Notes: generated from the sequence alone by a model not told the origin. A stretch of DNA of 64,000 bases from a virus (IMGVR_UViG_3300037312_000330:32001-96000), one strand, 5' to 3'; shown: positions 38,063-48,314, counted from the stretch's first letter. A program made the numbers and translations.

Positions 38063-38640
38063 AGGTACTGCCTGTTTCTGTAAAAGGTGGGCGCGTGTCG
38101 GGGGTCAGTGTGATGATGGAACGGGAATATCCGTTCTCGCTACCTCGCGTGTTTGCCATGCGTGAGAACATCGACTTCAAGAAGGAGAAGAAGCGTGGAC
38201 AGAACTTGACGTATCGCATCCACTTCTCAAGGCCACACTTTGAACCGAACCTAACAATGGACGGCGAGACTGCCGTTCCAACGAACGGCACGTGCGAAAT
38301 GCAGATTGTGTTCGGTGCTGGTGCCTTGAAGTCAGGCCAAGAGTTCACCGATAAGCTGGTTGGCAGGAAGACTGAAAAGCTTCTGACCAAGCTCTTGAAG
38401 TTTACAGAAGAGAACTCAGAAGATCTGGCTGCCTACATGACGTTCGGTCAACCGATGGAAAGCAAGCCACGAGCCTTGGTAAGCTTGATTGCCAAAGAGC
38501 GCAACGAACATTGGGCCAAGAACCTTAGAAAACAGCACAAGGAAAACAAAGAACGTGTGCGGAACATGATGAAAGAGCTTCGTGCTGACATCGCGAAGGC
38601 GCAGAAGATGCAGGCAACTAAACCGAAGGAGACAACGTGA
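38059..38640 (+). CDS. Hypothetical protein
   Basis: 193 aa; basic coiled-coil tail. Confidence 0.7.
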   Translation: MKVLPVSVKGGRVSGVSVMMEREYPFSLPRVFAMRENIDFKKEKKRGQNLTYRIHFSRPHFEPNLTMDGETAVPTNGTCEMQIVFGAGALKSGQEFTDKLVGRKTEKLLTKLLKFTEENSEDLAAYMTFGQPMESKPRALVSLIAKERNEHWAKNLRKQHKENKERVRNMMKELRADIAKAQKMQATKPKETT

Positions 38641-39065
38641 ACACCATCCATCCGGCACCAACAAACGAAGAGCTCGGAGTTGCCGTCCGTGAAGCCTACG
38701 AGATTGCGCTGAGATCTGGCGTCTTCGCCGTCCACTACAACCTGTTTGAGATCCACAACAAAGTGCTGGAGCATCGTGCGAAGGTCGTTCCGCCCATGCC
38801 GCCCAACACAGAGCTTGCAGACAGGCTGACCGTCATCGCAGAATTCTCACGTGCCACTTGCTCCCACTTCGCAACCGCTGGCCCTGCTCCGTACGTTGTC
38901 TACGACTATCACTTCGGCGGACGGGAGCTCGGCAAAGGAAATACAGGTCCAGAGGCATGGGCCGATGCAGCTCGCAATGTGAGGAATGGACTGCGTGCAC
39001 AGCAGAACGCACAGACGGTGTTTGTGACGGGTGTCACTACTGATAAGGAGACCAAAGATGCTTAG
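38637..39065 (+). CDS. Hypothetical protein
   Basis: 142 aa; overlapping start/stop. Confidence 0.65.
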   Translation: MNTIHPAPTNEELGVAVREAYEIALRSGVFAVHYNLFEIHNKVLEHRAKVVPPMPPNTELADRLTVIAEFSRATCSHFATAGPAPYVVYDYHFGGRELGKGNTGPEAWADAARNVRNGLRAQQNAQTVFVTGVTTDKETKDA

Positions 39066-39540
39066 TAAAAATCCAGATCCAAATCCGGATACTGTTTCGA
39101 TTGCCGATCTGCGTGCCGAGAATCTGAAGCTGCGTCTGATGTTGGCGCTCGCCTCGTGCGGTGCCACTCTGTACGGAGACGATGGTGAGATGTCGGATTG
39201 CAGTGTCAGTCCGTTCATCGACTTCAAACGTGACCCAGCCGACACCATCCAAGCCAAACTCATCACTCGCGCACAGAACAGAATGCACGACGAGTCCATG
39301 ATGAATAGTGCTCCGAGTGACAAGGTGGTGATCGACTATACGAACTATCATGGGGTACGTAGCTTTCGTCACGTGCAGATCGTACGCGTGTATTACGGAT
39401 CGACCGAGTATCATCCGGAGAAACAATGGCTGATGGAAGCCAAAGACCTAAACAAGAATGAGATGCGTACCTTCGCCATCAAGGACATCCATATGTGGCG
39501 TGGTCCTATAAATGATCTTCTCAGCTTCTTCACGCTATGA
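39058..39540 (+). CDS. Protein with C-terminal WYL-like domain
   Basis: IDYTNYHG..SFR...YYGSTEYHPEKQWLMEAKDL.K...RTFAIKDI. Confidence 0.7.
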   Translation: MLSKNPDPNPDTVSIADLRAENLKLRLMLALASCGATLYGDDGEMSDCSVSPFIDFKRDPADTIQAKLITRAQNRMHDESMMNSAPSDKVVIDYTNYHGVRSFRHVQIVRVYYGSTEYHPEKQWLMEAKDLNKNEMRTFAIKDIHMWRGPINDLLSFFTL

Positions 39541-39776
39541 ATTTTAAACGTGACTGGCCAGGATATCTCCTCTGTATCACGATCGGTGTCGTGATCGGCA
39601 AGGGATTGCCAGAAGTGCTCGAAGCGCGAGCAGCCGAAACACAACCTGTGCGTCTGTTAAACGTTCCATTCACCTACTTCTTCTGCCACAACGGTGAATA
39701 CACGATGGAGCGTGGTCACGCCATGTGGCCTGTCCCAACTTCTGACGGAAAGCCAATGTCATGCCCTTTGACGTAG
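39537..39776 (+). CDS. Small membrane-anchored protein
   Basis: N-terminal TM segment. Confidence 0.55.
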   Translation: MNFKRDWPGYLLCITIGVVIGKGLPEVLEARAAETQPVRLLNVPFTYFFCHNGEYTMERGHAMWPVPTSDGKPMSCPLT

Positions 39777-40177
39777 ACAAACTGCTGGACCACCTATACT
39801 CCGCAACCGAAGACAATCGACGCGCCATCAACATCCTGCTTGGTGGAAGTTTGCTGGTTGCGCAACAAACTGGCGAACGCGAAGCGGTCAACGAGCTCCT
39901 TAGTAAATTCGATCCGGCAAAGACGCTGGACTTCTTGTCGATGGGCGTACTTATGGGGACGTTCGCCCACAAGATGCACTATCCAGCGTGGGAGCAGTGT
40001 CGGCAACGTATTGCCAGCGTGGTCACAGAGCGACGCGGTCCCGAAGACGCAGCACGACTGCTGCTCGGTTTCGTCAAACCATTTGCCGTGCAGAAGGTGT
40101 CTTCAGATCAGGAAACACTGGACAAGATGCTTGGTATCCATCCGACTCTGATTCGCCACGTTGGGCAAGAATGGTAA
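39761..40177 (+). CDS. Hypothetical protein
   Basis: 138 aa, in operon. Confidence 0.65.
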   Translation: MPFDVDKLLDHLYSATEDNRRAINILLGGSLLVAQQTGEREAVNELLSKFDPAKTLDFLSMGVLMGTFAHKMHYPAWEQCRQRIASVVTERRGPEDAARLLLGFVKPFAVQKVSSDQETLDKMLGIHPTLIRHVGQEW

Positions 40178-40187
40178 ACAAGGAACA

Positions 40188-40472
40188 ATGATGAGCATCT
40201 GCATACATGAGAAGTTGGAACACGAATGCATGTCTTGCAACATGCCTTCTCTCGTTCTTTTCGAGAACATCTATCGACGCAACAAACATCGGCAACGTCT
40301 TGGGCAGTTCTTCGTCAATATGTTCTTCAAGGACGGCGAATCTGTTCCGGGCCTGTTCATGGAAATCAACGAAGGCAAAGCACGTGAGATGATCCGACAG
40401 TGGCTACACGATCATCAGTACATCTATCAACTGCCTCCTGTCCGCAACGACATCTACAAGGACTTCCTATGA
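40188..40472 (+). CDS. Hypothetical protein
   Basis: QRLGQFFVN motif; RBS AAGGAA. Confidence 0.65.
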   Translation: MMSICIHEKLEHECMSCNMPSLVLFENIYRRNKHRQRLGQFFVNMFFKDGESVPGLFMEINEGKAREMIRQWLHDHQYIYQLPPVRNDIYKDFL

Positions 40473-40738
40473 GTATGATGCATTCTGTCATCAACCAACT
40501 CTCTGCGGATCTGCTGCGCTTGGAACAGTTCCTAGAGGAGCACGGCAACTATCAAGGTGGTGGTCTCAAGACTGAATGCGTCTATATCGGCACCGAGAAA
40601 TACGGCACGTTCGAGATGAACTACCATGACATCATTCGTCATCTCGAAAGCAAACGCGATCGACTGCGTGCCGAACTGGAGAAAGTAAATGTCTTCGGAA
40701 TCAAACCAACTCAACCAAAAGACGATCCCCAAACTTAA
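40469..40738 (+). CDS. Hypothetical protein
   Basis: Start refined to overlap upstream stop. Confidence 0.55.
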   Translation: MSMMHSVINQLSADLLRLEQFLEEHGNYQGGGLKTECVYIGTEKYGTFEMNYHDIIRHLESKRDRLRAELEKVNVFGIKPTQPKDDPQT

Positions 40739-41306
40739 AGCCAGTATCGAAGTAGGACACGTAGTCAAGTTCCACATCAAGGTGTTTCAGAACAAGAACT
40801 ACGTCCCTTACTACGACGAGTACAAAGGCCATCAGTTCGAGGTCGTGGCCTTCCACTACGAGCGTGAAGATTGCACTTCTTGCGATGGTACTGGAACCAT
40901 CAGTGGCGTGGGTTGCACTGACTGTCTTGGGACAGGAGTTGACTACATGAGTGCGCAAGCATTCCAAGACATAGAAGACGCGCACGTAGAACTCAGATGT
41001 TTGACCGGAGACGTTAAGGTGAAAGGTCACGTCCACTACGATGAGATCCAACACGTTCCGGTGGAATCGTGCGACATGAATGCATTCGATGTCGTTAAAT
41101 ACATCGGGGCCATCCCAATGTCAATCGAAACCAAAGAAGGTGAGCCTCCCAGACAACCAACTGATGCAGAGATCAGACGCTGGCTCGACCAGTCGGCGGT
41201 GATTATCAACGGCAAGCGTCCGAAGGCCAAAGACACTGTCGAATTTCCGATAACGGAGCTTATCTTCTTCCCGAAGAGTGCCAAGAAACGGACCACGGTA
41301 ATCTAA
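40689..41306 (+). CDS. Protein with DnaJ-type Zn-finger insert and S4-like C-terminus
   Basis: CTSCDGTG / CTDCLGTG; TDAEIRRWLDQSAVIING. Confidence 0.55.
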   Translation: MSSESNQLNQKTIPKLKASIEVGHVVKFHIKVFQNKNYVPYYDEYKGHQFEVVAFHYEREDCTSCDGTGTISGVGCTDCLGTGVDYMSAQAFQDIEDAHVELRCLTGDVKVKGHVHYDEIQHVPVESCDMNAFDVVKYIGAIPMSIETKEGEPPRQPTDAEIRRWLDQSAVIINGKRPKAKDTVEFPITELIFFPKSAKKRTTVI

Positions 41307-41311
41307 CACCA

Positions 41312-41605
41312 ATGCGATACCCAATCCAGGACGATGCTGTCAAGAAGCTAGACGACTTCGCGATGCCGCTCTATCAACTTAAACGGATCGTCGATACTCT
41401 GATCGAGAAGCATGGGGAGGATGTCATGCTTGCTTGCGACGGTGGTCACAACAACGTGCAATTCGAACTCTATCACGTAATCTCGCCAGAAGAGATTAAC
41501 AAGCTAATCAGTGACAGACGAAAGAAAGGGGTGCCAGACGTACACACCGAAGCGCCTAAGCCGAGGAAAGAAAAGCTCAAGAAACCCAAGCTCAAGACCT
41601 GTTAA
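41312..41605 (+). CDS. Hypothetical protein
   Basis: 97 aa. Confidence 0.6.
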   Translation: MRYPIQDDAVKKLDDFAMPLYQLKRIVDTLIEKHGEDVMLACDGGHNNVQFELYHVISPEEINKLISDRRKKGVPDVHTEAPKPRKEKLKKPKLKTC

Positions 41606-41630
41606 TCAACCCTGAAAGCGAGAACCTGAA

Positions 41631-42311
41631 ATGAAGAACCATCTACCCTTTACCTCCATCGCCATGCTGCGTGCCAGCAGTGCCATCCAAGACCGCGTCA
41701 CGCGCGTCGAGAACAACCTGAAGAAGATCGAGCCGAACTGGCAATCAGAGTGGCTGTTCCCCGCCATCGTAGTCGGACTGAGCAATGGCTTCGATGATGT
41801 GAGCTGGGTGCTGGACAACGAAGACGTGCTGGCACCCGTCGAGGATGCTTACCATTTCGGCATGGGCATTAACATCGACGCCGAGTTGCTGTACAAGACG
41901 GTGACTTCGGAGGATCTCAACCTCAAGAACACTCCGAACAGTCGCTCGGAGATCGAAGCCTCTCTTGCCAAGATGCAGAAAATATTGACCCCGATGCTGC
42001 ATGTAGTCATCGACTGGCGAAAGGGCCTGCATCCGTACACCGTCAACGCAGAGATCAGCGCAGATACCAACACTGTGGAAGACATTCCTGCGACTAGCAG
42101 CCATCGACTCGATCCGGTTGCATCGCTTACCAGTGAGCTTGTGAAATTGGAAACGGCCGACATCATGGCTGTCCTCACTGCGATCAATTCCGCTCGTGGT
42201 GGTCTGCTGAAGGGTGCGAGTTACTCTGAGCTGCAGACGTTCCTGCAGTCAATGACTGGCAACACCAATCTGCATGTCAGTGAATTCGTAGAATCGGATA
42301 GCGCCGCCTAA
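41631..42311 (+). CDS. Hypothetical protein
   Basis: 226 aa; followed by UUCG hairpin. Confidence 0.7.
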   Translation: MKNHLPFTSIAMLRASSAIQDRVTRVENNLKKIEPNWQSEWLFPAIVVGLSNGFDDVSWVLDNEDVLAPVEDAYHFGMGINIDAELLYKTVTSEDLNLKNTPNSRSEIEASLAKMQKILTPMLHVVIDWRKGLHPYTVNAEISADTNTVEDIPATSSHRLDPVASLTSELVKLETADIMAVLTAINSARGGLLKGASYSELQTFLQSMTGNTNLHVSEFVESDSAA

Positions 42312-42361
42312 TCTTCACACACAGGGCTTCGGCCCCTTCCTTTATCCAATCAAGATCAATC

Positions 42362-43447
42362 ATGCACACCACTCTCGAACTGCTGAAGCAAACCAAAGCC
42401 TGTGTTCCGGGTTACACCCGGATGATCTCGTTCTTCACAACCGATGCGGGGTTCAAGAAGATGCCTATTCCACTGTGGGCTATTGGCCTGATTGGTGAGT
42501 GGGATGATGTCGAGTGGGCAACCGATAACGCTCTGATCATTGATCCAGTGGCTTTCGAAGTATTGCGACAGTATACCTTCCTGTCGGTGTTTAAAGACAT
42601 GTTTTGGGAACGCTACACAGACAACCACGACGGAAGATCGAAGAACCCTATCATCAACCAAATGGTGGAAGACAGTATCAAGGCACGCTCGAACGAAGAT
42701 GTTCAATCAGTTCTGGACAAGTACCGCAAGTATCACTTTGAGGACCGCATGTGGACACAGATGCTTGAGAACGCTGTCTGGTATTGTCCACACGAGTACA
42801 TCAAGTTCGTGTACCAGAACATGGGAAATACGATCCACTACGCACATCGCCAGCGTTATCGTCGACGGAGAGTGGACTTCAAGGACGCATACTACTATCC
42901 GTATGTGAAGGGCGAATCGAAAGCCTACAATTTTGCGCGTCTATGCTGTGGCGGACGTGATCCGTATCCAGTGATGCTGGAACTGATGGCTCACACCAAG
43001 CTGGGATCTAAGAAAGGATTCCAGTTGACTTCTATCCAAGAAGGCGGCGCTACGAAGTACGCAGCCACTCTTCACTTCTCCGCACCACGTCAGATTTTCC
43101 ATGCATATCATTTGTTGATGGGTGGTGAGCTTAAAATCAACGAGATCACAAATGTAAATGCTACGGCAAATGCGATTGCCCAAGCTGTTGGATCCATCGG
43201 TACTCTTGAGAGTCTTGATGAAGACTCCATTAACAATCTGGTCAAACAAGCGAATCCTACAGATAACGAAGGACTCGCTGCAGCCGCAAAGCTGGATGGA
43301 GAGATGTTAGCGACGGCGTCCGACGATGAAGATAAGAAACCCACGTCCACACTTCGGAAGGCAGTTTCGATTCGCCGTAGAATTGCACTCACCGAAGATA
43401 CCGACGACACCGACGATACCGCAGAGACGGTTGAAGACGAAATGTGA
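42362..43447 (+). CDS. Hypothetical protein
   Basis: 361 aa. Confidence 0.8.
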   Translation: MHTTLELLKQTKACVPGYTRMISFFTTDAGFKKMPIPLWAIGLIGEWDDVEWATDNALIIDPVAFEVLRQYTFLSVFKDMFWERYTDNHDGRSKNPIINQMVEDSIKARSNEDVQSVLDKYRKYHFEDRMWTQMLENAVWYCPHEYIKFVYQNMGNTIHYAHRQRYRRRRVDFKDAYYYPYVKGESKAYNFARLCCGGRDPYPVMLELMAHTKLGSKKGFQLTSIQEGGATKYAATLHFSAPRQIFHAYHLLMGGELKINEITNVNATANAIAQAVGSIGTLESLDEDSINNLVKQANPTDNEGLAAAAKLDGEMLATASDDEDKKPTSTLRKAVSIRRRIALTEDTDDTDDTAETVEDEM

Positions 43448-44556
43448 TGCTTAGTTCGCATGCTGTTCTGAACCCATCGTGGGAGCATTTGTTTGCTCCT
43501 GTTCTTGAACGGAAGGACCCAAGGCTAATGAATTGGGTCCATGCTGTGGCCTATCGCTACATCAAGGAGAACCTTGCCGATCTGTGCTACCGTGTGCTAG
43601 TTGAGACATCAACAGTTGAATACGATGAGATAGAACTAGACACCCCATTTGGTTGGGGACCAAAGATAAAGTTGGCGGGAAAGTCGCACTTCAAGATATC
43701 TGGCTGGATCTACCCGCGTAGAGACCGTGACATGATGCGGCCATCTCTATCAGGCGATCCCTATGTCATCAGTTCTCAAGTCACATTCGACAATCATCGC
43801 CATCAGGTGGGCACTCTCGGATGGTTGCGTTCTAACGCCACCTATCTACAAGAACAACGATTCGAACACAGGATAGACATCGAGTATATTCCTCCAAACG
43901 ACGCCGAGGTTCCCTCCGTAGGACAGGACATCTTGATCTTCGCAGCGCACGAGCAATTGATCGATCTTAAAGACTGGCTACTGAACGGGGCGCGCGTACC
44001 TCTAACAGCAACTAAGCTGCCTCTTAAAGAGGCACTACGTCTTGCCAAGGAATGGCACGAACGCGAAGACAAGAAGAGGCAGAAAGCCGCGCTCAAGAAA
44101 CAACCCAGAGGCGAACGTATTTTGATGGGCAGACTGACGGTCAACCCAGGATTCGGATGTCCACCAGGAACGTACGAACTATTCTGGCTCAAGGACAAGG
44201 TGGCTCTGGAATACGAGACAGTACTCCAACATCATTGCGTGTGGAGTTATTGGCCGGAAGTAGAAAACAGAAAATCTGTGATCCTTCACTTGCGCAATGT
44301 TGATCCCGAGAAGCCTAACGATCGATGGACCATAGATCTGAGGACAATGACGTTAACAGGAGGTTCACCGATCATCCGAGTTGCCCAAATGCGCGGTGTC
44401 GTCAATGCACCATGTCATCCAGACCTATCTACAGGGTTTGGCAACTTGTTTCTTAGCACTCGTTCTAGTTTGTTCCGCATTAGCCAAGCCGAACAGGACC
44501 GTATTGTCGAACAGATCGTGGAGCATTTCGAACACCACCAGAGGAGTAAGATATGA
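43444..44556 (+). CDS. PcfJ-like domain protein
   Basis: ALEYETVLQHHCVWSY...ILHLR...WTIDL...VAQMRGVVN. Confidence 0.65.
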   Translation: MMLSSHAVLNPSWEHLFAPVLERKDPRLMNWVHAVAYRYIKENLADLCYRVLVETSTVEYDEIELDTPFGWGPKIKLAGKSHFKISGWIYPRRDRDMMRPSLSGDPYVISSQVTFDNHRHQVGTLGWLRSNATYLQEQRFEHRIDIEYIPPNDAEVPSVGQDILIFAAHEQLIDLKDWLLNGARVPLTATKLPLKEALRLAKEWHEREDKKRQKAALKKQPRGERILMGRLTVNPGFGCPPGTYELFWLKDKVALEYETVLQHHCVWSYWPEVENRKSVILHLRNVDPEKPNDRWTIDLRTMTLTGGSPIIRVAQMRGVVNAPCHPDLSTGFGNLFLSTRSSLFRISQAEQDRIVEQIVEHFEHHQRSKI

Positions 44557-45530
44557 GATTCTCTGACATACCAACTATCTTCCTGTCGTATGCAGAGGAC
44601 AATGCAGACGACAACTATCAGCTACTTCTGCAGCAGAACCCGAATGCACAACGAGTGCATGGTGTTAAGGGATTCGACTCCGCGCACAGAGCTGCTAGTG
44701 TGAAGGCTCGTGAGATAAAGAACACGCCGTACTTCATCACTGTCGACGGCGACAATGAGACATTCCCGGAGTTCTGGCGGCTACACACGCAAGACATTCC
44801 ATTCCACAAACTTGGCTTCCCGGTCAAGGATGGTGAGATGCCGAATCGCTTTGTTCTCAGTTGGAACGCCTACAATCCGATGACCGGTCTCTACTACGGC
44901 AACGGTGGTCTCAAATTGTGGACACACTCGTTCATCGACCAGATGACGACGCACGAGCAAACCAACGGCAAAATTGTGGACTTCTGCTGGGATCCGACTT
45001 ACGTTCAGCTCACACGTATCTACGGATACACCAGACCATACGGATCGGAGCGTCAGGCATTCACGGCCGGCTTCCGAGAAGGTGTGAAGATGCCTCTGGT
45101 GCAAGGCAAACCACTGGATTCCGCGTATGAGATTAGCCAGAGGGCGTATCCTCTGAATCTACAACGCCTTATTACGTGGTGCTCGGTAGGCAAGCACATG
45201 GAATACGGTGATGCTTCCGTATCCGGTGCATTGTTTGGTTTGTGGTCTGTTCATGTAGAGAAGAGCGTTCCGTTCGAAGACGTGTCGGACCTTGATCGTA
45301 TTAGAGAATACTACGAAGTCTGGAAAGCCGATTTCAACCGCGACGAAGAAGATTCACAGTATCCAACAGACATTGAGATGCGTCGAGAGATCCTTGCCAA
45401 GACAGGCATCGACATCCCAATGTTCGGCCCCAAACAGTCCGCATACATAATTCAAAGAACTCTCCCAATAAACAACGCAGCACCATTCGAAAAAGAGACA
45501 TGGCCGACACCACTAGAAGCGAAGTTCTAA
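44553..45530 (+). CDS. GT-A-like glycosyltransferase-family protein
   Basis: FLSYAE; RVHGVKGFDSAH; TVDGDN (DxD); GLYYGNGGLKLW. Confidence 0.65.
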   Translation: MRFSDIPTIFLSYAEDNADDNYQLLLQQNPNAQRVHGVKGFDSAHRAASVKAREIKNTPYFITVDGDNETFPEFWRLHTQDIPFHKLGFPVKDGEMPNRFVLSWNAYNPMTGLYYGNGGLKLWTHSFIDQMTTHEQTNGKIVDFCWDPTYVQLTRIYGYTRPYGSERQAFTAGFREGVKMPLVQGKPLDSAYEISQRAYPLNLQRLITWCSVGKHMEYGDASVSGALFGLWSVHVEKSVPFEDVSDLDRIREYYEVWKADFNRDEEDSQYPTDIEMRREILAKTGIDIPMFGPKQSAYIIQRTLPINNAAPFEKETWPTPLEAKF

Positions 45531-46669
45531 TCATCACCAACGGCTCCGGCCTTAGCAAGAGTGCCAATGTCAAAGCATGGAAAGATTGGGCGTCCGATCT
45601 TCCCACCAAGGTTGTTAGCGGCGGACTAGAAGATGTGGCCCCATTTGAGGGGTTCACGCACGCTTGGATTGCAGACGCCAACTACTTGCCCTTCGCTTCC
45701 GCATTTAGATCAGAGATGCGGAAGCAGATCCCCGTAACTGCAGAATACGCAGTGTTCTCAGTGACAAAGCCACTGGCTGCTCGACATTTCTACGACGAGA
45801 AGTGGACCACGGACCAGGACAAGCACGACAAATTCGGCGGCATCCGCTACTTGAACACAAAGGGACTTGCATCTGTATACCAGACAGACCAGACGTTCAT
45901 GGGGCGTGAGATCAGCTTTGTGAGCTATCAGGCTTCGCGATTGGGCTTTCCTTATTGTGTGTTCCAGTTGGCTTCTAACGAGCCCAAGATCATCGTCGAT
46001 GAGAACTTCGTAACTGTCCAGCACGTATATCACGGTGCCCATAAGATGGCATTCCCGGAGTTCAATATCCTGGACAGCCACAAGGAACTCGCATCTAGGT
46101 CTGACACCGACATCTTCGTTGTGTTCGACGCCGACTTCCAGTTGGACACTGAGCTCCTGAACGACGAGTTCAAACCTTGGGAGCTTGATTCGGTGCACGT
46201 TTGGTATGCACGCAATCCTGTGAACGGCCTGGAATATGGACACGGCGGTCCCAAGGCGTTCAATCGCAACGCTTTCACCAAGCTGGATGATAGAACTGTT
46301 GACGTCACCACAAATGCGAGTAGCTCCAGACTAACTGTCCACAGACAGTGCGTTGGTGTGCACGCCTTTAACTGGAGTCCCATGTCCACTTGGAGAACAG
46401 CGTTCCGGGAGGCTGCGAAGCTGTCTATGGGGATAAACACGATCGTCGATGCCGATCAATACAAGGAAGCCTTCTTCCGCCTCGATACATGGTGCAAGGT
46501 GGCGAAACCAGACGTTGACTACGGAGACCTATGCACCGATGGAGCGACCTGTGGTCGCAAGTGGGTTGAACGTGTAAATAATAGGGCAGACGTCCTAAAG
46601 ATCAACGACTTCGCTTGGCTGGAGGACGAGTTCCAAAAACGACACGGACCAGAATCAGAAAGAGGGTAA
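45500..46669 (+). CDS. Paralogous GT-A-like protein with extra N-terminal domain
   Basis: VFDADF (DxD); NPVNGLEYGHGGPK; TWRTAFREAAKL. Confidence 0.65.
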   Translation: MADTTRSEVLIITNGSGLSKSANVKAWKDWASDLPTKVVSGGLEDVAPFEGFTHAWIADANYLPFASAFRSEMRKQIPVTAEYAVFSVTKPLAARHFYDEKWTTDQDKHDKFGGIRYLNTKGLASVYQTDQTFMGREISFVSYQASRLGFPYCVFQLASNEPKIIVDENFVTVQHVYHGAHKMAFPEFNILDSHKELASRSDTDIFVVFDADFQLDTELLNDEFKPWELDSVHVWYARNPVNGLEYGHGGPKAFNRNAFTKLDDRTVDVTTNASSSRLTVHRQCVGVHAFNWSPMSTWRTAFREAAKLSMGINTIVDADQYKEAFFRLDTWCKVAKPDVDYGDLCTDGATCGRKWVERVNNRADVLKINDFAWLEDEFQKRHGPESERG

Positions 46670-46670
46670 A

Positions 46671-47153
46671 ATGGGCGTAAGAAAGTATCTCGATATCCCG
46701 AGAATCTATTTGGACATGGACGGCCCCTTGGCCGATTTCGATCGTGCGATCATAGAGACCGGCACTCCAGGCAACGTGCTCAAACTCCAGCCTGGAGTTT
46801 TCCGCAATCTGAAAGTTGTTCCAGGTGCCAAGTCGGCAGTTGCGAGACTGCGTGCGCTTGCTGTTGACGTCTGGATCATGACAAAGAGTCCAGACGGTTC
46901 GACGCTCGCTGCCAGTGAAAAACAAGCATGGCAACAAGAACATTTTCCGGAACTTCGTGATCACATCATTATCACACCTGATAAAGGATGTGTAGGTCGA
47001 GAATGTGACTTTCTTGTAGACGATCATCCAGAGTGGGCCAACGCCAGGAATTTCCCTGGAACTGTGATCAAGTTCATTCCGGTCTACGACACGGATGGGG
47101 AGAGTTCCAACAACTGGAACGAAATTGTAGAACGTTTAAGAGCAATATTTTGA
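46671..47153 (+). CDS. 5'(3')-deoxyribonucleotidase (NT5C, HAD)
   Basis: IYLDMDGPLADF; EKQAW; FLVDD. Confidence 0.85.
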   Translation: MGVRKYLDIPRIYLDMDGPLADFDRAIIETGTPGNVLKLQPGVFRNLKVVPGAKSAVARLRALAVDVWIMTKSPDGSTLAASEKQAWQQEHFPELRDHIIITPDKGCVGRECDFLVDDHPEWANARNFPGTVIKFIPVYDTDGESSNNWNEIVERLRAIF

Positions 47154-47170
47154 CCAAACTGGAGAACGAA

Positions 47171-47413
47171 ATGTTTGAACTCGGAAGAACATACAGGGAC
47201 CTCATCACTGGCTTCACTGGAGTGGCAACCGGTCATGTCCGTTACATCAGCGGATGCAACCAAGTGCTGCTTCAGCCGCCTGTGGACAAGGAAGGCAAGC
47301 TGCGTGAACCGCAGTGGTTTGACGAACAACGTCTGGAAGTCAAGGGCACCAAAGCTATCGTTCTTGACAATAGTGAAACTCCAGGATTCGACGCACCCGC
47401 GCCGAAACGATAA
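47171..47413 (+). CDS. Conserved phage hypothetical protein
   Basis: LGRTYRDLITGFTGVATG...SGCNQV...WFDEQRL. Confidence 0.75.
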   Translation: MFELGRTYRDLITGFTGVATGHVRYISGCNQVLLQPPVDKEGKLREPQWFDEQRLEVKGTKAIVLDNSETPGFDAPAPKR

Positions 47414-47450
47414 CTTTTATCCAACTGTCTTTACCCGAGGAGAGCAGAGC

Positions 47451-47819
47451 ATGGCAAAGAAGCAGAAGCAGAAAGAACAAGTTCTTCGCGAGATCAAGCT
47501 GACTGATGCTACCAAGGTCGTGATCAGTAGCTTCCTAATCAAAGGTGACGATGATGGGGATACGCTGTACATCAACGTGCGCAAGTTCTACAAGAAGAAG
47601 TCCGACAACGAATGGAAGCCGGACAAGCAAGGCATCGTGCTGCCACACGCCAAGAGCAAAAGGGTGATCAAGGCCATGATCGAGACCTACCAGAATGCCA
47701 AGGAAGAGGCCGTGCCGCTACCTCCGAAGGAAGACAAGCCGAAGGGCAAAAAGGGGAATACATATAAGATGGACGGCTCTGGTCGGAAAGTTCCTATCGA
47801 TAACGAAGATGATGAGTAA
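47451..47819 (+). CDS. PC4/p15-like ssDNA-binding protein
   Basis: YINVRKFYKK...WKPDKQGIVLP. Confidence 0.75.
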   Translation: MAKKQKQKEQVLREIKLTDATKVVISSFLIKGDDDGDTLYINVRKFYKKKSDNEWKPDKQGIVLPHAKSKRVIKAMIETYQNAKEEAVPLPPKEDKPKGKKGNTYKMDGSGRKVPIDNEDDE

Positions 47820-48018
47820 GCCGACCAAGGATATGTACCTCAAACGTGCCCAAATGTGCTACCTGCAAATAGAGCACCATGAACGGCGCTCTATGAGTCT
47901 CTCTGGAAATCCTCTCTCGCGTGAAAGCACTACCTATCGCTTCCTCGGTAGGAGCATGTGGTTCAACATGATGGCATGGGCCGGTTTCCCAATGCGGCTT
48001 GAGAAAGTCGAACTATGA
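47809..48018 (+). CDS. Hypothetical protein
   Basis: Overlaps upstream stop. Confidence 0.45.
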   Translation: MMSKPTKDMYLKRAQMCYLQIEHHERRSMSLSGNPLSRESTTYRFLGRSMWFNMMAWAGFPMRLEKVEL

Positions 48019-48314
48019 ACAGCAGACTCCTCGCGGAAATGGCGCGTCGTGGTGAGGTATTCATCTCATTAGAGATGAGCGAAGAAGACGTTCTTGCTCG
48101 TATGAGAGACGCATACAACCTGACATGTGCTGGGAAAGCTACTACCTCAATTCCGGGGAACAATTCTGCTCTGTGGTGCTATCGATGTGGCGAAGGGACC
48201 GTAGCCGGAATGTGTCGTCAGGAGATCAAACGTCCTGTAAATAGTCAGGCCAACATCACCAACCATTCTGAAGGAAATCATGGCAAAAACTGCGAAAGAA
48301 AAGAAGGGCGCTAA
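48015..48314 (+). CDS. Hypothetical protein
   Basis: 99 aa; CYRC motif. Confidence 0.45.
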   Translation: MNSRLLAEMARRGEVFISLEMSEEDVLARMRDAYNLTCAGKATTSIPGNNSALWCYRCGEGTVAGMCRQEIKRPVNSQANITNHSEGNHGKNCERKEGR

